Notes under the pieces: generated by a model
Seen by the model: only the letters and a program-made list of their open reading frames with translations
What the model was told of the DNA's origin: nothing
Databases searched by the model: none
Made by a program: the position numbers and the translations under genes
Assembly (NCBI GenBank): GCA_024704765.1
Contig: JAKMXF010000022.1
Location: 310,001 to 374,000 of the forward strand
Origin: Oopsacas minuta
Lineage: Eukaryota; Animalia; Porifera
DNA length: 64,000 nucleotides
Direction: 5' to 3'
Shown: in pieces, positions 1 through 12,873 of the stretch
How positions within the stretch are numbered: position 1 is the first letter of the stretch
Layout of the letters: each line of letters starts with the position of its first letter

Positions 1-2279
1 TATAACACGCTACAAATTCATGAAAATGTAATGTTGTCACGAATGTTTTATGAACAAAATTATATGACCAAAAACAGTTTAAATTTGAAATCACTTCAAG
101 TTACGTACCGATCCGGGACTTAATGTGCCGGACCTGTAGCGATCACATAGACTGCGGAGCTATCGGACTTAATAATTAGGTACTAAGTCCTCTAACAGTA
201 GTGTTTCAGCTGTAAAAAGTTTTGGGACAGCAAGGTTAGGACAAGAAAAGTGTAGCCTAGAAATACTTGGATGAACTTATACAGGTAATATGTTATTATA
301 TATCTTTTGTCAGCGATATTAATTCTATTATTCTGGGTCTTGATTACCATTACAACAGTGAATTTAGGATTGCCTTTCTTCTTTGTTCCTCCTCTTCTTA
401 TTATGAGTGTTCAATTAGTTGAATTGTTTCTCATTAATACCAATTTTCATAAGCCAATACATTCTTTACTCTCTAGTTAGAATTACCCCCCCTAGCAGTT
501 GTACCCCCTCCCCCAATCTGACGCTCCTTACCCCTAAATACCTCTACAAAATTATTGTTTACTATTGTGTCATTATTATGTTATCATTCATCCTACGAAT
601 TTTCCTAAAACAATTATGAATTCTAGTATTTTTCCTACCCACAAGGATTCATTCAGTACAATTGTTCAACATTTCTTTGAATTAGTAATTTGAAACGTTG
701 TTTTTAGTTTTTACCCCTAAGAGTTATCTCATACCATCAGTATCTTATATCAGAATTGTTTGGAAAGTAATATCTATTGTGAGATTGTTTGTTTGATTTG
801 CTTAAATCAAGTTCACATATCTGCCCTTTGGTACACGCCTGGCAACATAGGTATTCTTACGTTTGGTAAACATCACACAATACCACATTGTTACCCTTAT
901 AGTCCATTGAAGACATACTTCGTGGTTTGTGTACAATTCCGGCAATGAACTCTCGATAGAATATCACATTACTCATCGACTTATTTGGAGTTGTTTATAG
1001 TTGACACATCAACATTTACCCCGGTTCAAATTCACTACATTTATCTATTAGAACCAATGTAGATGACATACTCATAGGCATTGAACTACTCAGCTCAATC
1101 ATGTTAATGTGCTTAGCATATATTATGTAATTTTAATAGAAATTAGCCTTTGAAGGTAGTAGATAGCGAATAATTTTACTTTTTCTAATTCGCTAATGGA
1201 ATTACATTTAACGGTTTATAGTTATAATCTACTCTGAAATACGAGGTTGTTATTAGAAGTTACGTCTTATTGAGGTTAGTTAGGTCAACTCATGAGGACT
1301 CTGCCAATATTGGAAGGAGGGGCTACATATTTTCGCTATAGACTCCACGCCTTCACAATCTCTAAAATAATATCTATTCTGTAATTCATAATTTTATCTA
1401 AAATTCTATAATGCATGGGATAGACAAGTATATTGTTACATACAATACTCATTAGAATAGTGTTAATCTGTTATACCATGGGGACGAGCAGCCTTTGTTT
1501 TCAGAATCAATCTTGAATTCCCTCCAGTTAATACACTAATTATTTCATTGATCAGTGTTAAATGGAAAATAACAAATCTCTGTAATTTTATTCACGTCAA
1601 TACAATTTGGCTATCTCTACGATTGAAGATTCAAATTTGTTATCGATAGATTATTTCTTTTATTAATCAAATTTAATCTAAAATGTATCCAAATTCCTTC
1701 CTAAAATGACGAATTGTTAATGACTCTAACATATTCAATTTACGGAATAGATACATTAACCTTTCATTTTGATAAAATTTGTTATTTAATGTGATAATAT
1801 CAACACCTTGTTATGCTATATGTACCAGTACTAACTTTTGAAAATATTTAATATAAGAGACAGCAGTTAGCTATATTCTTATAATCTTTGAGGTCAGTTT
1901 TAAGTGGGACAAACAATTTTAGTGCCTATCCTAATGTTGATCTAATCAATACATAAACAGAATTACTAGTATGAGTATATGTAGCAGTTATTGAGTGAGC
2001 TATGTACAGTGTAGCATGTAGACGTAAATGTTTAACAAAATCAATTATTAGTGAATTTGTTGAAATTGAAACTCCTGTCAATTGGTATAGTAGAAGTATT
2101 AAGTAGATGCTCGCAATAAATTTCTAAAAATACGTTACATCAGTCGCGTTATAGATAATCTACTTCGTGATTCATTTAACTTCTCTTAGCACTATAATAG
2201 AGAAGATTTCTATAAATACGCTTAGAAGAGTCTAGAAATAATAAAAGATTTATACACTACTAAATAGAAATATACTATA

Positions 2280-2897
2280 ATGTGTGCTTATTATATAAAA
2301 CGTGAGGGCAATATGATTGATAGTTCATCACTCCAAATAACTCCTCCCAATTATTGTCCTTCAAACTTCCATGACCAACTACCTCAGTTAACCCCTTCCC
2401 CTAGCCCTCCTCCTTCAGTGTTGATATCACCTCAACCTATTCGTACTCGCCCCAATCAGTTATATCTCAAATCATTCGGTATTGCTGCTACCAGACGTGA
2501 AGCAGATACCGTGTACCTTTTGAAAAAGTGTCAAGAATCAGAATTAATCTTGAAACAAAATTGGAGAGTACTCCTCCCTAAATGCAACTTCTTAAAAATT
2601 GTTGATAAAAACAAAGTTGCATATGATATTTCTGGCAAAGAATTAAATAGAATTTTCTCAACCGGCTTCTTCACTGATTACGAAATGAAATTTATCAAAA
2701 AGATGCGCTATCAAGGCCGGAACAATATGGCTGCAAAATTGATGCGTGAGAAGTACAAGTCTCGTGATAGACAAGTTGAATTATCCATGGAAATGCTGCG
2801 AAGAGAAAAACTCAGGTTGAAAAATGAGAAAGAACAACTGATTAGAGAAATAGAGCAATACAAGAAGTTCTTTGATGATTCACAGAATCAAAACTAA
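2280..2897 (+). CDS. CNC/Maf-like bZIP transcription factor, single exon; the start could be the ATG at 2310
   Basis: C-terminal ISGKELNRIF...EMKFIKKMRYQGRNNMAAKLMREK followed by a heptad zipper (VELSMEMLRREKLRLKNEKEQLIREIEQYK). This resembles the extended-homology helices plus NxxAAxxxR basic region of Maf/CNC bZIPs. The N-terminus is Pro/Ser-rich. Confidence 0.8.
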   Translation: MCAYYIKREGNMIDSSSLQITPPNYCPSNFHDQLPQLTPSPSPPPSVLISPQPIRTRPNQLYLKSFGIAATRREADTVYLLKKCQESELILKQNWRVLLPKCNFLKIVDKNKVAYDISGKELNRIFSTGFFTDYEMKFIKKMRYQGRNNMAAKLMREKYKSRDRQVELSMEMLRREKLRLKNEKEQLIREIEQYKKFFDDSQNQN

Positions 2898-5824
2898 TCT
2901 TAATGTGAAGGAAACGACTTTTGTTGTCAATTTTTTACTATTAATAATATTTATTTTAAATCAAAGTTAATATATTAAATATTGTGTTTTAATTTATCAT
3001 TTCAATAATTTTTTGCTTGTTTGTATAATTCAGTCCTTCGAATGAATGAAATATGAAAGTACAATCTTTTACAAACTTCAAATAAGTTATAACTTTTCCG
3101 TAAATACAACAAATTCTATTGATAATAAATAATATCGCTGTTTTTCTGCGATAAAACACAAACTTATCAAATGATATAAAATGTGCATATTTAGCAGCAT
3201 CAGCATTTTCATCTTATCAGCTCGTGTTTCTTCTAGAATAATATAGCTCTCCGCATTATTTCATAATGTTGCATAGTGTGGTTCTTCATAAACTGTGTTT
3301 TAGATCTGACAAAATCACTAATCTGGCATGACCGATGATATTCAAAACGGTCAGGAATGGCAGAATCAGTCATAAAGTGGCCAGACCCAAAAGTCACACT
3401 AGCTTGACCAATCTGTCCTTGTTAATCATAAAGAAACAATCCAATTACGTAGATAGATATACTATAATTTCTAAATAGATACTCCATCCATATTATATTG
3501 TTTGATTTGGCCCTTCTTATACTATCATGCTCCTTGTGTTCTTCTTTTTGAAATACGCTTATAGGATCAGATATACCTATCTACTATTTTGATGCATTTA
3601 TTGCTCGATATGTTCACTTTGATGCTTGTAGACTCCATTTGATTTAATGTTACTGTAGTTTTCTCATATATTTATTCATGGAATATGTGATTATATATTA
3701 ATTCTGCTTAAAGACAGTTGAAGTTTTAGGATGAATGATCTCATGAAATATTAGCTTTACGAGTTCAGACATTATAGAGGATTAGTTTCAATGCAATGTC
3801 ATGGTGAAATATCCTGGCTTGCTATTTCCAATAACTCAATTACTTACTATTCAGTTGACAAATGATTCGCACAGTTCCTTACTCTGATATTCTAATCAGT
3901 CATAGAGAAGGGATGTGAAATCATTTGGTTCTTATACTTATCGATTTTGTCTCAAAGTTTACTGTATTCCTTCTGGCAATAATCTAACCAATAATTACTC
4001 TACTTACTAAGATTATTGTATTATCGGCTATCAGTAAATATATGTATTATTCATAATTACGTATCAAATTCGCTTTCTGTATTCCAAGAAACTTGTTCAA
4101 TTCATTCCCCTAGATTTGATCTATGGCTAGATATGTACACTTGCCTGTGAATATCCTTGCTCTGAGTATTATTAATTGCTCTCTTACATTTAATTCTCAT
4201 TTCTAATTCATATTACATATTTAATTATCGCTTAATGTATTTTAACCTCTTAAGAGTTGTTGAAAATCCCATCTAATAATTATAAAATTAGCAAGAGCGT
4301 TTCTTAGTCAACTTTTGGCATTATCATGGGCTCAAGAAATGGCATTTGTTTCACAATCTTACAACTATGAATCGCTTATTTCCTCCCATTACTTCATGTA
4401 ACCGTATGTACATATCTAATTTCATAGTAAGGCTCTTTGAGAATGTTGAGACTGACTTTTTACTGGAGGATTGCGTATGTTATGAAATACTGCAATTTTG
4501 TCTTTATTGTGGAATTACTAACGTAGAAGTTATCTTGATCAATAAATGAAACGTTCTAAGCGAAATTTAGAGTATGTCTCCATTAAAAACTAGTAATAGT
4601 CTCTGAATGTGGGCCTTGTTATTATGATCGCAATAATTATTAAAATAGTGTTAATATTCGCAATAATTGACTAAATGAACTGTCGTATTGGATAATATAT
4701 TTGCGTCAATTTCTTCGCTAATCTACTAAAATCTATTAAGTTTTTCCTTCTCTTCTACAGTCTTTCATTCGAGTACTTTGTAATTTTCTGACAAATTAAT
4801 ATTTCGCTTTCTTTTAATTCCTTACTTTGTTTACCAATCAATAATCTGAGAGATCGCGAAATCTGATACAACAACTTTTCAAACGTTCTCTACATTTCAG
4901 AATGTGTCATTGCTCTTAGTAAATATTTTACAAATTACTTGCATGTAACCAGAAATTATTCTAATTATATTATTTTAACGAAGCGAGCATATTGTTAATT
5001 TTACCAAATTTGGATACTTTTATATATGATTATATATCAATTTATCATATAGATCATTTCATGATTCTCTGAAGTATGCTGATGAACGTATTTCTTCTCT
5101 TCCTAAGATCGCTGAAGTAAATGCTCTTGATTATATATCAATTTTATTGGGAGATAACCATCCTCCAAAGGTATGATATTATAGCTAATAATGCCCATTC
5201 TTACACTTTAGGATTACATTTAGAACTCCTAAAGTTGGGTACCCGGAAGCATTTGCTAGACTCTGTGCCCCACTTTGGGAAATACTTCATTCTGATGTTC
5301 GAATTTTACGACTTTTTTCTTCATTTTAGTATGAACTGTCCTCATATATATATATATATATGTAATATTATTGTATTGTCTCTTTCTGGGATTGTCTACA
5401 TTAATTTCCCCACTTATGACAAATGATGCACTTGGGAGGTTTAATTGGCTGTAGTTTTCCAAATAGGCCCCTCATCTATTCATTTTGGGAAACACCCCAA
5501 CCTTTACACGTTCCAGCGTATGTCACCCCCTTTGTGGATTATATTTGAAATTTTGCATACAACTTCATTAAATTACCTGTGGTGCTCACTGAATTCCGCT
5601 TCTGAAAAGTACACCGCGTTGGTAGGTTCGAATTTGCTTACTTTATTTTCCAGGAATGTATCATTACAATGAATTAATCCAAAGATTTCTTTTAACTGAC
5701 AAATGCTTTTTACCAATGACGGTATGAATATTGTTACTTAAGATTATATGTTATCATAATTTATTTAGTAAACTATGTAATACGTAGTTATTTGAGAGCA
5801 TTATTATTTTGTATCTCTAATCAG

Positions 5825-8800
5825 TTACAATCTCGCTACGTAAGAGAAGCAATTCCCGTATCAAGTAGCACTAGTAACTCCAACAATACAATTCAATTTA
5901 TTGTTCAACTAAATGAAAGTGTAATGCTCTTTTGGGCTCAGAACATCTCTGTGGTGATGAACAGCACAGACAAGGGTAACAACAATACATTTCAGTTATT
6001 CCCTAACAATACTGAATTTTCAAGTGGTGCTAGTTCTGACAACCATACTGAAAGGTATTTGTATATCGATTAATACTTTCTACCAATCTTGTATGACAAT
6101 TGCTTTCTAGGATTTGTTAAAAGTATATTTCTTTTATGCTGCCCTTATCCTGTCCATGTGTTACAAAATCAAATTATGATACACCACAGCTATGATTTTC
6201 CCTAAATTCTTTCAAAACTAATCCTCTTCTCCATAACATGACTTATTCAGATTATTAATTAGTTCTATTTGTTTAGAAATCAATTTCCTCTAACAATTAG
6301 GACGAATGAGCTAAGATACAGAGCATGTGGTCTTTAAAATGCCTTATTTTTTGAACTTACAAATTACTGATAATCTTATGTGAACTATTTAGTGGCAATT
6401 GGAATTGATATTATCGTATCGATAAACCATTGCGAACACATTAAAATCTTTGGAAGAAGCCCAACATTTCGCTGCCGTATATATTTTTAACAAAATATAC
6501 TATTTATATTCATGCACTGTACTTACATCTCTCACACAACTTTTCATGAATTTACATGACTGATACTTACTTATGTATTTAGCACTTCTTTTTATGGTTC
6601 TACTTTATGCTTTCTATTTTTATTAATAATTATCTAATCCTTGAACATAAACCGATATGACCTCTATCTCATTAAACCGAGCAGATTACCTCAAACTAAT
6701 TACTTAACGTAATTCGATCGGTATTTTCTCTCACAAGTATTTTATTTCCATAAACTCAATATTATACTTATTCAATATGTTTCATTTCTAGTTTACTTGA
6801 AATCTGTGACTAGTCAGTGAAAGTTTTTGTCATACTTGTGCTATTATTTGAGGATAGGAGCTAAAAATTTAGATGGAGAGAAAAGCTAGAAACCTTTGCT
6901 AAAACATTCAAACTTCTTTTTGAAACTTCAACATACTACACATGTCTATACAATTATTCAATGAATATTGTTTCTTCAATTTACCTTATGAATCGTTGCC
7001 GTAAAATACAATAAAATCTGAGGCTAGGGCCGCACGAGGGCGCGACATAGATGCGGCAAAGAAGCGGAACAGGTGCGGTATCGTCGCGCATCATATTACA
7101 TTACTATGTATGTAAACCTTTGTTGGGAACAAACTATTTTTGGAGCTGCAGTGCCCCATATGTCACACCTTGACTACGTCTATGGCGGTGACTAACATTA
7201 ATGCAGAATAGTCAAGTGTTGAATACATCACTTCATCTTCCTGTTGCAATGCCTCTATCCGGAGAAAATATTTTAAATAGTGAAAAAATTATATATCTCT
7301 CCTCGCTCAGTAATTTTAGTTACGTATAGAATACTTGAGGGGGATTATAGAGCTAAACCCCACCCCAACTATCTCTCTGATTCTTGAATGTTTATCATAT
7401 TCTATGTATTCCGATAAATAGGTCTGTAATTTGGATTCGTTTATTATTTGTACTAAATATTTATCGTTCGTATTCATGTCTTATACCATCTCGATTAATA
7501 TTTATCCTTCACAAGTCTAATAATTTATTATGCTATTGAGTAATGTTTACGAAAAATCATTGTACTTTGTAGTATATCAATCCAGTCCCGAATGTGTTTC
7601 CTCGATGTTGTTTGATCATTTCACCTAGTCCTCTAACAATTATTCAAGTTTTACACTTACGTATTTTTACGTACTCAAAAATTTGGTGATACTATATTGT
7701 ATCTATTGAATTATTACCTAATTTTTGCTGAAATAATAATCCGCATTAAATAATTACGCGTAATAATCACGTAATTATTTAATGTGCTCCAATCTACAAT
7801 TAGTTTAATTTATCTACAATTTTGAAAATCAAATTTTACCAACTCTTTCATATTGTATACGCAATCTCATTACTTGTGCAGTTTGCCTCTGATGAACTAA
7901 CTGATTTATACATTTGTTGTACACTAGAGCTTAATTCGAAAATCATAAATTTATTCCCACAATTAAATAATTAAAATCAAACCCAAATTTAATTCTCTTA
8001 AAAGTGTAATGAATATATGTACAGTTCTTTACAGTTCATTTGTATTATAGACCGATTTAATTTTTCTAACCCAAATTCATCTTATATTCAAAAAATAAAA
8101 GATCTTCAATTCAAGAAGTGTTACCATTATTGCTGAATAATCGTGATGCCATTCCTGGAATATAGTTACATAATAATTGATCTACTATTCAGCTCTATTT
8201 TTGGAGTATGAAGAAATAATCAAATTATCAATGACCTACATATTACATAATCTGGCCTTACACTAAGATACCAGTTTAACAGCTTTACCCATCAACTCGA
8301 TCGGAGATACGCTCGATCTTTTACACGATATAATTTACAAATAAGTTCAGGGTACTTAGCTTAGAGTAAGCAAAATTGATACCTACCCATATATCACACA
8401 AGGATATTGATTCATACTATCATTACTCCAACAAACACTATTATTGAGTTATACTGGGTTATTGATATCTAGAGAGTGCATTCAGGTGCGTGGCTGCGTC
8501 AGAAAGTCCACTCTAGTCACTCGATGGGTCATTCACACCCGTGTTTTTCCTAGGAGCTTTATTCAATCTTTTTTTAGTTATTTTGAAATTTCAACTACTG
8601 CTCTACAAGGCGATACAATGTGGCTGAAGTAAGTTATTTGGATGTATTTTTTGAATTTTAGCTGATCTTTATATCCTGAATTTATAATTGTTCTCAGGTT
8701 TGTCTTCATTAATGGAACTTCGAAATCTAACTTAACTGCTAATTCGTCGGTTATCCCTGATTACTGGTCAATGATGATCGTGCTCTCACTCGGTACAAAT

Positions 8801-11800
8801 AAAACCACATGTAAGTTGAAACAGGGGAAATGGTACAATATTCCTAGCTTGTATATCCAAAATTTACTTTGACTAAAACGCACATTAATATTGTCATTAT
8901 TTCACCATGTACCCAATGTAAATCAGGTATACGACAATAGAGATGATTTGAGATAAGAACATGCTCGAACTCTAGCATGTTCTTATCTCAAATTTTATGA
9001 ATCGACCAATTTTGCCTCTGATACTTCACAAAATAATGAAATATCGCCCGCCCGCATGCTCATATGGATATCATGTGGTGCTGAAACAAGTTTCTAATTA
9101 AGAGTGGCCTTAGAAATATTCATTAATCTCTAACAAATACTTTTCATCATCTCTACGCTGATGCTATGCTATTCGGAAAGTATGACTCCCCTCTGAGGAA
9201 TTTAATTTACAAGTGTTGCGACAAATTGGTAATCAATTGATTATGGAGCCATTCCAGTGAATATATTCATAAATAATTCCTGAACTCTTTGATATAACCG
9301 ACATTAGATTATGTATTATGACGCCACATGAGTTGATTGATTAGTCTACTAATTCCGCAGCTGCATTCTAACCTTTATCTGTAAAATTTTGATGTTTGCT
9401 TGTTATATATGTTGGAAAAATCAATTGGGGTTTTTCTACTGTATTATTTAGTATATCATGAACCTTAATTTCCTGGTGAATTGTACAATCTTTTGCGAAA
9501 TATTTGTTGTTAATACATTTTCGCAACTGTTCAAAGTTTCGATAGATATTTCGCGAATTTGCTTGCAACTTCGTACTTTTGCATAGGAGCTAAAATATCG
9601 TCAAAATTAATTACATTCTTATTCCTTAGCTATTCCGTTTTATCCGAATAAGGCTCTGACTGTTCCTTATGGATTTTCTTACCACTGCACTCCCACTCGG
9701 ATATTCAGCCCCCCCTCAAATTCTAGCTACATGGGAATGATAGTCATTAGTGGATTACAGGTATGTTTATTTTATGATTTATGGTAGAATCTGCTAAACT
9801 GATACCTAAATAAAGTCCTGTCCGACTATTTTCATTAGCAATCGACCCCTGTACACAGTCCCATCGGTGATCGTTATAGACAAGCATGACTGTAGACTAG
9901 AAATCGTATTTTTTCGTCCATTTCTTTCCACGAGGAATGAAGACAAAATATTCCCGATTGACAAATAATCCGAATACTATATCTATAGCTAAAAGCCTAT
10001 TTCTTTACAATTTATTTGTTTTTTTCTTCAAACAAATTATTCGTTATTAAAATAATAATCTTATTTCAACTCTATTTTAATCGATACCTTTAATTCTGAT
10101 AAAGTATTTATGTTGCCAGATTTCTTAGATTTACATTTGCCCATCTTTAAGTAGATCAAAGATCCTAAAACCTCTCTATTACTTACCTTACGGAACTACT
10201 CTAACATGACTTTGTCAAAGTCTATATATGTCCCATTGACTTAAAATTATCGATTTGGCTGTAGCACAGTTTTGTAAAATTGTAACTAGCATAAAAGAAA
10301 TATACTAACGATAAATTCGCCTTGAGCATTGCCTAATTACATACATTTAACTTACAATTACGTATATTAGGCTATTTGTTAAAATATGTGTTTAATGTAA
10401 ATCCCTTGAATGACTAGGCTTAGACATGTCGTATTATATTGCCCTTCAATTATTTATCTTGGCTTGTTACATAATTACAGTTCTTTTTGTTATACACGCC
10501 ATATTTTGTTATCTAATCAATACTACTTGCCTGTGTTGTGTGATGTAGAGTTAATATTAATGATTATAGTAACATGAGTCAACATTTTAATTAAAATCAT
10601 ATCTTACATACTTATTTCTTTGATAGTCACACACAAAATGTGTAGACATAATCATCATGAATGATTAATTTGTAAAATTTTACTAGGCAATTCCACTACC
10701 ATTTCGGGCTATTTGTTTGACCTTACATGTCATTTTCGAATTTGTCGGAATACTTATATTTTTCAGGTGAATAATAGATCTTATAATTAAACCCGAGATA
10801 TGCGTGTGTGGAATTATTGCTCTAATAATTAATTTAATACTTTTGCTTATGACATTAAGTTTATAGAAGGCCTCGCGAATTGTGTTTCAGATTTAGTAAT
10901 AACGAGCTTTCGGCTCGTCGCTTCGCGATGAACTCGGCGCATTCCGCCTCGAGGTATCCATTATTCTCCAGTATTATAATATAGATATATTTAGAACAAT
11001 GGAATTCACAAATATACGTATATGGCATATATACTATTGAATTATTTGGTAAGATCATCCCCTTTGTAGCCGTTGAGAGCAAGCTTGTACGTGGATTTTG
11101 AGATTTGGATGATTTGTTTACTTTATATTCATAAAACAACAATAAATTTACATATGATTAATCCAAAAGTGTGAAAATCGGATTCAGCATGTTCGATGTA
11201 TTTAGTGAAGTTTTATTGAATTCTATTTACTTCCTTGATAAACACAATAAATACATAGTCTCGCAACAATTTCAAAATTGCATACCGTAAATCCTTTCCT
11301 TGACAACAGATAGACAAACAACAATTGAGATTTAATAATATAGATTATTACAATTTTGACTAGATAATCGTTCAAAGTTGACAGTACTGTACAATTACAG
11401 CTGTTTGAAGTGATTCCATTTGCAATTTATGAGTTTACCAAACCATCTATAGTTATATATTCGATTAATAAAAATTAAAAATATCTGTTCAGCCGCTTTA
11501 TGCTAAATACACTCCAACCTTGATTATCCTATCTTGTTGGGACATGTCAAAGGCGTTCGGATAACCAACTATCAGATAATAGAGGTCGTTCATACATAAT
11601 GGAATAGGAACTAGGACCAGGGGGCAAGTTCGGATAATCGAAGTTGCACTGTATTACGTCTAATTTTGCATATGGATCTATTTGTATTTATCGACTGAGT
11701 AGGAAAGCACGTATAGACTGGAAATTGTGTAACTTGTTTGACACGATCAGAGTAAGTAGTTCTTTGATGTTTATATTAACTCAGTATAATAATTGAATTA

Positions 11801-12594
11801 ATTGGTTGCCTAATAAATTCCTTCCTTTATATACAATTTTGATTCATTTCAAAAATCTGCACAAATATTGCATTTTTTTGTTCGTATTTAAGAATTTGCT
11901 TCTCAATGAGGTTGTGTGGAGATAATTATAGTTTTCGTTTTATGCTTATTATCTTCTCTAGTTAATAAACGCTAAATTATTTTAGAGTAGTTTTCTATGT
12001 TCACAATTACTCTTTATGAGTTGCTGAGGTGTATCTTACGTTCTAGCACTGAGTATTTTTTTATGTGCGTAAACCCATTGTACTAATTCATGACTCTTAA
12101 TTTAATAATATTTAGTGATTATATTATTTATCTTTAATTTTCTTGATTCATGTGTATGAAATGATTTATTTTGTGGATCTGTTGACGCATAATAATAATT
12201 AATTGTCTAATTATTCCCATCATGCACATTTTAATAACTCAATGCTCCAACGTAACAATGCTATGTATTTTGACTAACTGATAGTGTATTTTACAGGTCA
12301 ATAAACTGAAATTTCTTCAATAATATTGCCACAGTAATTGTGAACGTTTGTATTTTTGTTTAGGTACAACCCTTTGAGGTCGCAAATGCAACTACCGAAG
12401 GAGTCTATTCATTCAGCACCTCAGATGATTGTGTTGGGTATTACACCTATGACATTTGGATGGGGATATTAACCTCCCTTATAATATTATGCATGCTTTA
12501 TTGTGCTGTTATGGGTCTCATGTCAATCTCAACCAGTGACAGGTTTGATGACCCTCAAGGCAAGCCTCTTATGGTTGAAGGTACTTCCCATTAG
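5825..12594 (+). CDS. ATP6AP1: V-ATPase accessory subunit S1 (Ac45), 3' part. Exons 5825-6054, 8578-8628, 8698-8810, 9630-9760, 12364-12594; 5' exons not located
   Basis: Manual splicing with GT-AG boundaries and matching phases gives LQSRYVREA (RxxR furin-like site)...DYWSMM...VPYGFSYHC...GLQ|VQPFEV...SDDCVGYYTYDIWMGILTSLIIL...SDRFDDPQGKPL. These match the Ac45 hallmark motifs SYHC, QVQPF, SDC, the TM helix and RFDD. Confidence 0.88.
7744..7784. repeat. Inverted repeat with a 15-bp perfect stem and 11-nt loop
   Basis: cattaaataattacg (7744-7758) and cgtaattatttaatg (7770-7784) are exact reverse complements. Confidence 0.9.
8946..8993. repeat. Inverted repeat with a 20-bp perfect stem and 8-nt loop, in an ATP6AP1 intron
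   Basis: atttgagataagaacatgct / cgaactct / agcatgttcttatctcaaat. Confidence 0.95.
10868..10960. mobile_element. CpG-rich double-hairpin remnant, probably from a non-autonomous element
   Basis: acgagc-tttcg-gctcgt (10902-10918) and ctcggcg-cattc-cgcctcgag (10933-10953) lie in otherwise AT-rich intron DNA. The element assignment is inference. Confidence 0.4.
11508..11653. mobile_element. MITE of the Tc1/mariner-pogo type, TA-flanked
   Basis: TA|CACTCCAACCTTGATTATCC ... GGATAATCGAAGTTGCACTG|TA; about 18 of 23 positions match between the terminal inverted repeats. Confidence 0.8.
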
Positions 12595-12873
12595 AAGAAT
12601 TTTGCAGTTCTTTAGTTGTATACATTTCCTCCTCCAACTATAGTATAAACATAATTACCTAAGTAATGCAGTTTCTGCTCCCTTAGAGTGTTAAAATGTT
12701 GGTTATATATGTGCTAATGTCTATTGATAATTATATTTGACATGAAAAGATCTAATTAGGTTAATTAATTAAAACTCTAATAGTATTAGTATCTTAACCA
12801 AAATTGTCGCTCACTTTGTACTTTTTGTCATCAGTTCATTAACAATTCTAACTCTAGTATAGAAAGCAGAAAT

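Noticed and set aside
5600-5640. GTTCGAATT B-box-like motif suggesting a SINE or tRNA
   Set aside because: There is no convincing A-box, stems or second copy.
3180-5700. Stop-interrupted minus-strand frames (e.g. FEYHRSCQ near 3300, KCIICHKWG near 5420)
   Set aside because: They may be transposon or gag remnants but are too decayed to assign to a family from sequence alone.
419-11142. Short ORF-track entries (419, 760, 4346, 5121, 5256, 5445, 9368, 10861) and antisense ORFs overlapping real genes elsewhere
   Set aside because: They have no recognisable motifs, often start at non-ATG codons, and have a composition typical of random AT-rich or shadow frames.
12285-12296. Possible 12-nt micro-exon (CILQ) before the last ATP6AP1 exon
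   Set aside because: The exon at 9630-9760 already ends ...GLQ in phase 0 and joins VQPF directly, restoring the Ac45 motif.
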